Source of the DNA: Bugula neritina
Lineage: Eukaryota; Animalia; Bryozoa
Assembly (NCBI GenBank): GCA_964035545.1
Contig: OZ037765.1
Location: forward strand, 30,565,504-30,629,503
DNA length: 64,000 nucleotides
Direction of reading: 5' to 3'
The notes under the pieces were generated by a model. It was not told where the DNA came from. It saw only the letters and a program-made list of their open reading frames with translations, and made no database searches. The position numbers were made by a program, and so were the translations under genes. Shown here piece by piece: positions 24,701-35,100 of this stretch (position 1 is the first letter of the stretch; every line of letters starts with the position of its first letter).

Positions 24701-25998
24701 AACTTTTCCTTTTTAGTGTTCGACTTAGTTGATTTTTCCTTTGTTCCATTAGGTGACTCCTATGTAATAGATAATATCAGATACACAGAAACAATAGCAT
24801 AATAGACAATATCCTACCAAGTACTTTATACAAAACAGTAGAATGAAATTAATTAATGCCAATTAATAACTAATGTAGCATGCTCTTTAACTTCGTAACA
24901 AAAAAAAGACAAATGCAATTTGTAATGAGAAAAAAAACATTCGTTTAAAGCACTATCAGGGCATTCTTAAAGCAGAGCATTGAGTGAAGTTATTAGGTAA
25001 GATTTAGAGTATACAATTGTTTCCTAATGTCAAGAGAAATTATTGCACATACTTCTGTTGGACAAGTATCATCTACGCCACTGTTACGTAGAGGTCTTCG
25101 CCCTCGCTGTTTCTTATTAGTAGCTGAGGAAGTAACCTAAATAATATCAAAATCTCACTATTTATAACATGTCTAATAATGAGGCAACTCCAAAAAGAGA
25201 TCAACATGCATATATCAATTTAGATATTTTACTTTGACACTACATATTGTAAAATTGTGCAGTTTTATTGAATTGGATTTAATATTTTCTACTGCGGCAT
25301 TCTTAATTAAATATTTTACTTAAAATAAGTCTAACATAAAAGATAAAAGAAATTGGATAAAAGAATAATTGCTTTAACAACTCTAAGGTTGTGTAAAAAT
25401 GCTGATGGAATAAAATATAATTATAATTACAAGACTGGAATCAGTGCTTTTCAAAACTTCATCTTCTGAAGCTTTGCTACGCCTACTTGTTCGATCTTTG
25501 CTTTTGGCTTTACTAGATTCATCCTAAACACAGAAATAAAACATACTTTTCACATAACAACTGCCTTCCATTATTTACCATAATGCTTTTTATGCTGCAT
25601 AAATATTTTGGACAATCATTATGAAAATTTTGTTGAAAGTAAAGTTAATACAAAGCAAAAATAACATGGTATGAGTCAGATTTAATTGCAATAGCTGAAA
25701 GATACTATACTTTAGGTGGGAGATCGTTGGCATCATCAACTGGGAATGACTTATTACTCTTTTTGTTGGATCGTCTTGATTGCACTTCACTTGAAAGCGG
25801 TTTTTCAGTATTTGTTTGAATACATTGAGACAAAGGTTTGTCATCATCTGTAGACACATCATATGTATCTTTGTTTACTGTCTTAGATCTTTTAGGTTTC
25901 TTGGGTATATGGAATGAAGACAACGTCCCAGCAGGTTCCTTTAAATTTTGACTGTCTGAAACCTGTTTGGATTTACTTTGTTTTCTCTTGAGTGGCAT
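9741..25998 (-). CDS. GTF3C2: General transcription factor IIIC subunit 2 (TFIIIC110, WD40) with N-terminal ZNF512-like zinc fingers, ~1040 aa
   Basis: 26 minus-strand exons: 25711-25998, 25431-25523, 25053-25136, 24697-24759, 23737-23829, 23476-23556, 23267-23350, 22558-22713, 21709-21890, 21034-21190, 20524-20682, 19823-19955, 19268-19439, 18739-18839, 17727-17922, 16853-16961, 16396-16460, 16042-16124, 15335-15409, 13472-13619, 13011-13148, 12527-12614, 11717-11839, 10946-11020, 10202-10291, 9741-9827 (3123 nt, one open frame). GTF3C2 hallmarks: YIGKPVKMISWCP, RLGLLALACSDGSVHI, ECTSVDW...VAGFADGSVAVW, AINTVSLNPN...GWLLCGGTHGLL. The start codon (MPLKRK at 25998) is the least certain point. 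Confidence 0.88.
9823..9997. repeat. ~170-bp dispersed direct repeat, copy B
   Basis: Matches 4542-4702 and includes the AG acceptor (9828-9829, minus strand) of the last GTF3C2 exon. Confidence 0.92.
10297..10928. repeat. 17-20-bp quasi-palindromic minisatellite (TATACTACATAGTATTA) filling a GTF3C2 intron
   Basis: More than 30 degenerate units; the core ATACTA-CA-TAGTAT is self-complementary. Confidence 0.95.
11859..11923. repeat. Short 7/21-bp tandem repeat (AATAGAAAGTGGCAAATGGCA) next to an acceptor
   Basis: Two 21-bp units plus degenerate 7-mers AA(A/G)TGGC. Confidence 0.75.
12365..12542. repeat. 24/26-bp tandem repeat x7 spanning an exon/intron junction (duplicated splice donor)
   Basis: Unit CACAACTTACCAATGAGTAAACAAGA; on the minus strand each copy reads ...TACTCA(T/G)TG|GTAAGTT. 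Confidence 0.95.
12820..12885 (-). mobile_element. Possible degenerate tRNA-derived SINE head
   Basis: Minus strand reads GCCCCTACAGTGTAATGGTTAGC...ACTCGATTCTAGGTGGG, with A-box-like and eroded B-box-like motifs and no cloverleaf. Confidence 0.35.
14091..14384. repeat. 16-bp minisatellite (GTCATA[G/T]GTAGTAAAG) ~18 copies
   Basis: Highly regular array with two interspersed variants. Confidence 0.96.
14430..15194. mobile_element. MITE / non-autonomous DNA transposon with 27-bp TIRs and subterminal GATCGATC motifs
   Basis: Left end CACGGGCTTTCCATGTACCGATCTCAG; right end reverse-complements to CACCGCCTTTCCATGTACCGATCTCAG. AAA flanks both sides. Many AGATCGATCT motifs lie within ~150 bp of each end, and there is no transposase ORF. 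Confidence 0.85.
15466..15660. repeat. Degenerate hexamer repeat (ACTAGT/ACTAAT/ACCAGT)
   Basis: 6-bp periodicity; it produces spurious VL/TS-rich ORFs on both strands. Confidence 0.85.
16549..16660 (+). mobile_element. tRNA-derived SINE (family copy 1; may extend to ~16740)
   Basis: AGCAGCCGTGGTCTAGAGG (A box) and GGATTCGAAACCC (B-box-like), followed by the body CATTGGTGATGTTAGGAAGAGCATCCAGTCATAAT shared with the copy at 48491-48598. No acceptor stem. Confidence 0.8.
17235..17616. mobile_element. MITE, PIF/Harbinger-like termini
   Basis: Left end AAGGCCTGGCCTCACGCTCGTGGCAATCACACGAAA; right end reverse-complements to AAGGCCTGGCTACACACTCGTGAGAATCACACGAAA. TA/TWA flanks, and CACGA/TCGTG motifs internally. 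Confidence 0.85.
17952..18090. repeat. 13-15-bp tandem repeat (CAGTATACACTACAT variants)
   Basis: About 9 units containing AGTATACACT, close to the acceptor at 17923. Confidence 0.88.
18287..18737. repeat. 32-bp minisatellite ~14 copies (AAATGTGCTACACTGTGTACAAGACAGATAAC)
   Basis: Period 32 (units at 18289, 18321, ...); the array abuts the donor of exon 18739-18839. Confidence 0.97.
20731..20848. repeat. 30-bp tandem repeat x4 (TATATTATATTACTATGGTGAGTCAACTGG)
   Basis: Four aligned units at 20731, 20761, 20791 and 20821. Confidence 0.9.
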
Positions 25999-26013
25999 AA
26001 TCACAACTTCCTT

Positions 26014-28949
26014 CTAAAAACACATTGTTGACAAACAAAAGCGTTACAACTGCTTAACATTTACATCTTATGAAAAAAATTTTAAGTGGAAGATATACAA
26101 TAATTTTGAACTTTGAACTAACATTTTCATATGTTTAATAATAAATCTAATTGAAACATTGATCTAAAAAAGTGGCATAAAACAAAAATTGACTTATGAA
26201 ATTACAACAAATGAAATAGTGTAACTATATTATCAACACTTTTATTGAATGTATAAGGTTTTCAAAGCATGTCTGCTGCTACAGATAAAGTAAAGATCGA
26301 TATTCTGAAGTTACAAAGAACATAAAGTCGGTTAAAGTTATTGATTCGATTTATGCTTGATGATTCAATACCTATCTACACAACTGCACTGCTTTTTTAA
26401 AAAGTTAAATAGCATCCCAACCTGTAATAAATGATATATTTATAAAGAAATATCCCTCACTAAGTCCATCAGCAAGAAGTAAAAAACCGATAGGAGATCA
26501 AATTAGAAGCATCTTAGACTAATTATATGATCAAAGTAAATGATTTACATTGATCAGTGTTGCTGAGTTAATAGTTCAGTCATCATCAAAAATAACTGAT
26601 GTTGAAGTTGTCCATGCTGATATTCACATTAAATTACTATTACTATCACTATTAGTATTACTATTAGTATTAGTGATACTCAAATTGAGATTCAGTTTCA
26701 CATTGCCCTTGGAGTTGGTAAACCTTGAAGTGGACAATGACTATTACTATTAGTAGGAGCTTCACTATTACAGTTTGAGTTACTTTTACTATTACTATCA
26801 GTATCACATTTACTATTAATATTAGGCTGGAGTATTACACTATTACTATTAGTGTTGCTAATAGTAATTACTTAGAGTTAGTAGCAGTTAGAGTTAGTGT
26901 TACACATAGTGATAGTAATAGCGATGGTGTCTAGTAGATATTTCAACTTCAAGTTATATTTAAAGTTATTCGTAAACTATTCGTGAAGTTATACTTATTC
27001 TTATACTTATAGATTATAACAGTATAACTATAAGTATAACTTATTAACTATAGTATTGACTATTAGAAATAAAAGTAACTCTATTAAGTTTAACAGTTAA
27101 TGTTATGTTAACTTGGTTGCGCTAGTTATTATCATTATGATTATGCAAATGCTATTGACTATCAGTATCAGAATCACTATGACTATAACTATAAGCATCA
27201 TAATGATAACTTTTAATCTATTATATAAATCATTATGATTACACTTTACTGTTAAGTGTTTACAGTCAGAGTCAGCTTCTAATTCTAAGTAATTGTAATT
27301 CATATTGTACAAACAAAGTACGTATAAAATAAATATTTAAAAAAGCAAATATCGATACTCATACTCTTCCAATAATAAACATGTTATTAGTCTACAATTA
27401 TTAGTGGAGCATTAAATTTCAATCATGTATACATTAAATATGTAATGTGCATGCAGTTATGGCATGCACATTACAAAATATTGTCATTATGAAATGGAAG
27501 AACAATAAGATTAAGTGATAACTTTAACTATAAGATTAGCTTCGCATTGAAAATGACATTGGCATAGTCGATAGTAAAACCACTGAAATATAACCCAAGT
27601 CCAAGTTTAATGAAAGTTATTTGATTCAGCACAGATTTAGGGTTACTGAGTCTTGAGTTTGCGAGTTTACAATAATGTAAGTACGAATACTACACTTAAT
27701 GGCTCTAAACTTCGCGCTTCATTTAGCGATCCTGAAGTTCAATAGATTTCGCTGTAAGAACGTAGGCTTAGTTTAGGCGCGTAGCACCTATAAGTGTGAC
27801 CCTTTGGCCTTTGGTACCAATGAACTGGAAAATACTTCAGAAATATATTATTTTCTAGTTCAGTGCATACATAGCACAATAAAGTTGCGAGCATGGCCCA
27901 GTCAAAGAGTTAAATAAAATTCAGTATTTTAAATTTGAGTTTTTGAAGATACCCATTCAGGGTGTTAAAAGACAGCACATTGGAATTTTTATGCATATGA
28001 TGTGGTGAAATACAGTGAAGATGTTTCAATAACAGTATTAAATATTCTTTTTATATTTAGCTTCTGTGCCACCATTAATCTGTTTGCAATAAGTATTTTA
28101 GATGCAAAGGATTTGACTGAAATACAGTTTTTACTTATGATATTAAAATTGCATGTATAATACTTAGCCTGTGCAATCATTTGCATTGTCATTTATTCAG
28201 AACTCGATAATTTAGGTTTATTGTACTTTTTTATTTTGTGCTGCTTTTGTGACAAAACGTATAGTTATATGATTTCTTCACAGATTCAAAAAACATTTAA
28301 AATAATAAACAAATTGTTCTGATGTGAATCCAACTCAGGAAGTTTGCAAGAAAAAAGTAAACCTAGGACTTTTATATCTCACTAAATTCAAACTTTTGCA
28401 TATAAATTTTACACCAATTTTATTTCTTGTATTATATTAGAAAAAATAAAACATTTCTATAATATACTAAAATAAATGTCATCACAAATAGGCCTATCTG
28501 TCATTACAACAAACCATTTTACTATGTTACTGTGTTACTAAAAATGATAAAAGCATAACTATGAATCTGCTACTAAAGCTAACAAACAATTTTCTAGGAT
28601 TTAAATTCTAGCTACCAGAATGAACTATTATAATGACACTGGAATACCTCACAAAGAAAACCCTAAATTTGAATTCCTACTAAAAGAAACTACCAATTTA
28701 ATAAGAATTAAAGTTCCAGGGAGCTGGTCATAGTGTTGAAAAGGTGAAATTATTCCTATAAGCTATAATTACAGTTTTACGTGTACCTTTGTTTATTGCT
28801 TATTTGAAGTTTTATACTGGAACAATTTCAACACTTTGTGGACATTTGGTGCCACCCTAACTCTTTACTGGTGTATCGTATGTAAGCAGTTTGAGTTATT
28901 AGCGCCGTTCATTCACAAATGTCAGAAGAATATTACTGAATTTTTCAAG
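26014..28949. promoter_or_regulatory. Divergent promoter/5'UTR region between GTF3C2 (-) and E2 paralog 2 (+)
   Basis: Head-to-head gene orientation and a local CpG-richer patch at ~27650-27900. TSSs cannot be determined from sequence. Confidence 0.45.
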
Positions 28950-30616
28950 ATGTGCAATAAAAACAAGTAAGTTTAGTTTATTAGCTCAAGTATAAATAAG
29001 TAAGTTTTAATCTAGTAGCTTATATAGCTGTTAAGTTTAGAGTTTAGTGCATGCAATTGATTCCACTTGGCTAAAGTTATGGAAACTAAAGAGGTTTTTA
29101 TAGCCTGTTTATTTGCAGCTTATCTGTGTTGCTGCTAAAAATCTTGATATAAATGTTGTAATATTTTAAAAAAGTCCCGGTAAAAATGTTGTAATATTTC
29201 AATGAGATACATTTCTGGAGACTGAATTAGTTAATCATATTTTCGATTTTTAAATTTTAATCTACAATTAAGCATTAAATATTATGATAAAAAATATGTA
29301 GCATTTTCAACTTCTCAATTATGTTTGACAATTTACAAAAAAATTATCATCATGATCTGACTTCTATATATATTAACTATTTAGTTTTATTTCATTTATC
29401 TTGCAGAGAAGTTACTGATATCCACCGGATTTATTCAGATTATAGCAGTTTGGTGAAGAACCAGCACCAAATGTTTAATGGGCAACTGTTGTTAAAAGAT
29501 AAAGGGCTGTATGCTGATATAGATGATAATGTGGTTTGTGATTTCACATTAGTACCAAGTGAAGGTGAGGAATAAAAGCCAGCTTGAGTGTTTGTTGTTA
29601 CAATATAATGTGAGAGTTCTTTTATGATTCTTAACCTATTACTCAATTGAACTGCTTGGTATAATACAGCTGAGAGAATACTTTTAGCAAATTTTCCTGC
29701 ATTCTTAAAAACTAGACTTTTTTTAACGAATTTAAATCATTTTTCAACATAAGTCAAAGTCAGTTGCATTTTTCTCCTTTTTAGGCATTATACAGCTGTT
29801 AGCAGTTTATAATTACTAAGAAAATTGAACTCATCTGTAATAGAATGATAAGTGAAGCTATAAATAGGCCTCCAAAAAGTGTTAAATAAAGTAGAATTTC
29901 AAAAAATCTCTTTCATTAAAAAGTCTACTTTGAGTAAGGATTTGCAATAAAAAGATGCTTATCACCATATTGTGGGACTAACAACTGCTGTTGTTTTAAG
30001 CAGGTATTTACAAAGATTGTGAAATTCAGTTCAGGGCATGTCTGGATGGATACCCTAAAAAGCTTCCAAATGTGATAATTTTATCTTCAATTCTTCACCC
30101 CAACATAAAGGCAGGCCACCACCGTACTGGTCATGGCGATGTCTACTTGGACATCTTTGATGAGTGGGAAACATATGAAGGTGTGTTTTTCTACTTTCTC
30201 TGCTTGCCAATGAAATTTAATAAAAAATTATTTCTTTCAACATACAGAGAATCTTTTATAGTTAAATGTTGTTTATCTTGACTTACAATACATTATTGTT
30301 AAGATTTGATCTATTACTATTATCTACTGTAAAATATGGTCATGCATTTCATTTTGTGACTCTACATTTATGTACTCTAATATTTCTAGACAAATACAAA
30401 AGCTTGGAGTTAATAGTTCAGGGTTTACTCTTCCTTTTTCATCAACCCAACCTGCATGATAGAATTTTACCATACGCTGCCTTCAATAGTCATCAAGAGC
30501 TGGCAGATGCTGTCAACCTCACCAAATATGGAAGTAAAGCCAGAGTTGATGATGCTGCTAGAGAATCTCCTTGGAAACTCATAGAATTTTCAGACATTTA
30601 CAGTTTTCTAAATTAA
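28950..30616 (+). CDS. UBE2M/Ubc12-like E2 paralog 2, predicted catalytically inactive (Cys->Tyr), 192 aa
   Basis: Exons 28950-28966, 29407-29564, 30004-30180, 30390-30616 (579 nt), with the same first three intron positions and phases as paralog 1. Protein: MCNKNKEVTDIHRIYSDY...FTLVPSEGIYKDCEIQF...GYPKKLPNVIILSSILHPNIKAGHHRTGHGDVYLDIFDEW...LELIVQGLLFLFHQPNLHD. TAC (Tyr) at 30144-30146 occupies the Cys position. Confidence 0.82.
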
Positions 30617-32052
30617 GTTGTGGTTCGACAGTATTTCTCCATGAACTGGGCTGTAGATAGCTGTCTACATAATGAAACTATAAAATGTATGCTTACATTA
30701 CATTTCACGTATTATAACACATGTCTACATATCTATTTCAACTAAAGTATTATTGTCTAGCTCATTGTTATAAAACAATGATGCTCTAACATGATTTTTT
30801 TTATGATAATATTTAGATTCTCCAAACTTGGGAAGAATGCCAACTCCTAAAAATGATTTACCAGTTATTATACCATATTATATAAGAGACTATATAATGA
30901 TAAATAAAACTTTCAATTGATTTTTTACCTCAATTAAATAACTATTTCATCTAATAAATTTGTTTAATACTTTATGAAATACAAATTGCAAAATGTCAAC
31001 ACCTGCAACAATGTGCCATGCTGCAGCAAAATATCAACTGCCAGCTTGCCATGCATGGCCGACATTCTCGTATATAAAAGAATGTGAAATGCATGGTTAG
31101 GCCATGTGCAACAAATGTAAAATGACCGGCTATTAAGTTGAAAAAAAAAGGAGGAGGGAGCCCTAGACTTAGATTCAAAAGAAAGAAATATAAAAAATAA
31201 CGATTAGGGTTGTTTAAATAGATACAAACATAGTAAAACTGCGCTTGCATGCAATTTTTCATGTTCAGTAGTTGACTTGGTTGGTGCTATGACTTCTATA
31301 TAACAGATAATATCAGATAAACAAATGGAATATCACAGTAGACAATATGACACCAGGTATAGCTATATAAAACATTAGATTAAAATTAAATGCCAATCAT
31401 TAACAAATATAATATAACCTTTGAACGGTTTCATCCCAGATATACGCTTCCCAGTTAAACGTACTTGGTAATTGGTACCATATATAGTAATATACTTTTA
31501 TATATACCTATATAACCGTTGTATTGATTGTTGATTAGCTAATATGCTAATAGCTATAATAGCTAATATAAAGTATCTGGAATAATATTCTAATTTTCAC
31601 AGATTTGTGTGGAAGAAAAAACAGTAACACATTAATGGACATTATCTTTAATGAATAATTTTTACCAAAATATCTTTTCAAACAACAAGAAGTATAAAAA
31701 ATGAAAAATTAATAAGTTAATGCAAATCAAAGAAATTTATTTTTGTGCTAAATAACAAGCAATTGATACAAGTTTATTTAAATATAAATATATTTCAATA
31801 ATATTCAAATAAATTGTACATAAAATATATATTGTACTAAAATTAATATAAATAGCGTCTAACTTGGATCACACCATTTGGATATATTAATATATTATAC
31901 TTTATGCTAAATATCAATTATGTAAAAGTTTAAAAATCTAAATATAAAAAGAGTACTTACATGGTACATATATAAGAAATTATTAATGAGCAATATTAAC
32001 TATAAAGATAAGATTTAACTAAATTTTAGATGTTACTTACACAAATCATATT

Positions 32053-32190
32053 GCTGTTGTTTCAATCAGGTAGTTGAAAAAATCGTATATCTGAATGGCT
32101 ACCCTAAAAAACTTTCTAATGTGAAAATTCTACCTTCCATTCTTCACTCCAACATAGAGGCAGGTCATGGAGATGTTTGCTTAAGCTTTC
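32053..32190 (+). pseudogene. Relic copy of the E2 active-site exon
   Basis: Intron end GCTGTTGTTTCAATCAG resembles GCTGTTGTTTTAAGCAG before exon 30004. One frame encodes LNGYPKKLSNVKILPSILHSNIEAGHGDVCLSF, but the acceptor frame hits TGA at once, the 5' part is deleted, and no DEW motif, donor or other exons are seen. Confidence 0.75.
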
Positions 32191-35100
32191 CCCTGCTGGC
32201 CAGCTATAACGCCAAGCATTAATTTCTAAAAAGCCTATCAAATGATGAAGGCTTTGTACGAGTTAGTCTGCAATGTTATTGTAAGTGGTTTGAGCTATTT
32301 GCAGCACTGCTCTTTGATACATTTATATCTGCCATTTGTTCAGCTGTTTCTCAGCAATTCATTTATAGAGCTATTGTGTTATTTTTAATTTAAGCTCTAT
32401 AAAAATGAGAACTCCTAAAACAAAATCCTAGCCAGTTATGTAAAAATAATATTTTCGTATAACGGTACATGGGCATGCATTGAATTGAATTTTTTTACGC
32501 TATATAATTATTGTTAAACTATTTTAAGATATGTTTGTTATCTGTTTCAGTTGATTATACCCAAAATAATTTATAGCTTGTTATCCTTTAGAACAAAACT
32601 TTATTCCACCAAAAATTATTTTGATAAGGATAGTCATTATGTAAAAAGCAATGCCATTATATTCTCAGCATAATAATGCTCTCTAAAAACATGGTTTTCT
32701 TTAATATTAGTTGGTGTCTACATTAGATGAAATGAGTTTATTAGAAAGAGGCTTGAAATCACACACCACTCATAACTATTGTAATAAGCATTAAAAATTA
32801 TCAATGCAATAGAACACATAGTAATCTATAACAACATATTTTTTATTTTACTAAGAACTCTCTAAGTATTGTTGAAATTTGCTAATATTTATTTTATGGC
32901 TTTATTCATTTTTAAGAGTTGTCATTCCACCTGCTACAGCTCACAACTAACATGTTAGGAGTTGTTTCAACAATATTTAAGGCTTTGTAAAACCTGAAAG
33001 TCCAGAGAGTAGGAAAAAATAGTTTGAAGTACTCAGTAAAAATAATTTAGAAAGTTATAGAAATTCAGACAGCAGATAAATACATGCACACTTATGAAGT
33101 TGTCTGCCCAGCTATTTGCTAGATGTGCTGCTAATCTAGATTGTGGCAGCTAACACAATATATTGAGTTGGTAGCAGTTTAGAGATCATATAAATGATAC
33201 TAACCTTATAATATATTATAATATAAGTGGCAAATTGACTATGTATGTATTTTTGTTATTATATCTGTTATCTTTTTCTATGTGTGAATATATCTTATGC
33301 AACTTTTACACCATATCATATTTTTAGCTTAAATGAATAGTTCAGGTTTTGCTGTAAGTAGGCCATATGCAATGCCCAACTTACATTCACAGAGTTAAGT
33401 TTGGCAAATGCAAGTATAGTGAATGTTCGGCCAGTTGAAATATTTGACTCACATCTGCTGTTCCCACGAGAAGCATCTGATAAGTGTGACGGCACAGCGC
33501 TGGCTTGTGTCTCAAGTCAGTGTGACCTGGCAGAGACAGCCTTATATGCAGCCATATCTTACTGATAAACACTGATACTAGTATAGAAGGTATATTAATA
33601 TATATTACTGCTGTGAGTAACCCATAAGATACAAGGAAGATGTCTTCTAGTGATGAAAAGCTATCAACACAGGATGTCCTCTGGAATTAGAAATGTAAAT
33701 GATGTCATTTTCTATAACATGTAGCTGAGTAATGCAGTCAACCAGTGGTTATGAGTGAGTGTGTGTAATGTGGTGTAAATGCGATTGTTTATATGCTAAT
33801 ATCTTATTACACAACACCCAGAGTAACTTAACATATAAGTCGTTTCTTGGAGTTTAGTTATTTGCAACAGCCTAAATATATAGGTGGTTGTATTTCCGAT
33901 CTTAATCGCTGCAAAAGAGTTGAATGGCTAAAAATATGATATTGAAGTATTAAGTTACAAAATATGTAAATATAAATTTGTATGATTCATGCAAATTAAT
34001 ATTTGTTACGAATTAGAAAAAACATAAGTTTAAGAAATAGTTAAAACAACTTTGAAATGAAAAAAATATCTATATATAATAAATGCTTTATCAACTCATC
34101 TTCTATGCAAACTATTTGCAGAGAAAGGTTACGTAACACTTTATATGAAGCCTAACATATCAAAGCCACCACATTATCTATCGTAAAGACATTATGAAAT
34201 GTTTTAAAGGGTTATCTTCTCTTTAAAACTTTAACTTTTGTCATAAGCACACGCATTTGAAAATAATATACTAAATGCATTGATGATTTGTTGCGTTAAA
34301 TTATTCAAATAGTATATATAACTTGAATGCTGCTATTTTACTCTCAAGCCTATAGAAGTGATTATACTAGATTACGAGTATATAATCCTCAAGAAGTGAA
34401 AGATATTATTATCAAAATTTTCCACCTGTGGTAATTTTTAAAAAAATGTACAATGGAAAAAGATCTTTTATGCGTTTTTTACTATAAATTCTGAGTGCAA
34501 GGTTTGCTAGGGGCATTATATGGTAGCTTGTGATTAAAAAGTGGTGAACAATACTTGAGTTTATTCAAAGCAGTTAGTTGTGGTGAGAAATTTGTCTACT
34601 AAGGAGATTATGTAATAATCATAAGCTAAACTTTTGGGAACCCACAACACCAAACAGTGGCCATTGATAGGTGTAAAGGCAAAGACTGTCACCATGTGAA
34701 CAAGTTGAACACCACAAAGGAAGTCATATTAAACATATTAACATGTTTCTTGGCTAGCTCATTTTGATTTTTAATTTTTCAAAAATAATTCTGGCAACTT
34801 TGTGGTAGTTTTTGTAATTAACTTTTAAAGTTGGCTCTGCCTAATTTTTTAAAAAGTTTTGAAAATAAATTCAAAGTTTAAAATAGCTGTCTGGTGTTAT
34901 TTATCAATTTCAAAAGTCATTTTATTATAGAAGTAGGAAGAAAGCTATTAACTGGTGCAGCTGAAGTCACTTCTGGTTTGTTTTTTTGATTAATTGATGA
35001 TCATTTAATTTTCTGCAAATGAAAGTTATTATTTTGTTTATTAACAAGCTAAAAATTAATATATTCTGCAACGACATAATAACATAACTGGCCTTTGTCA

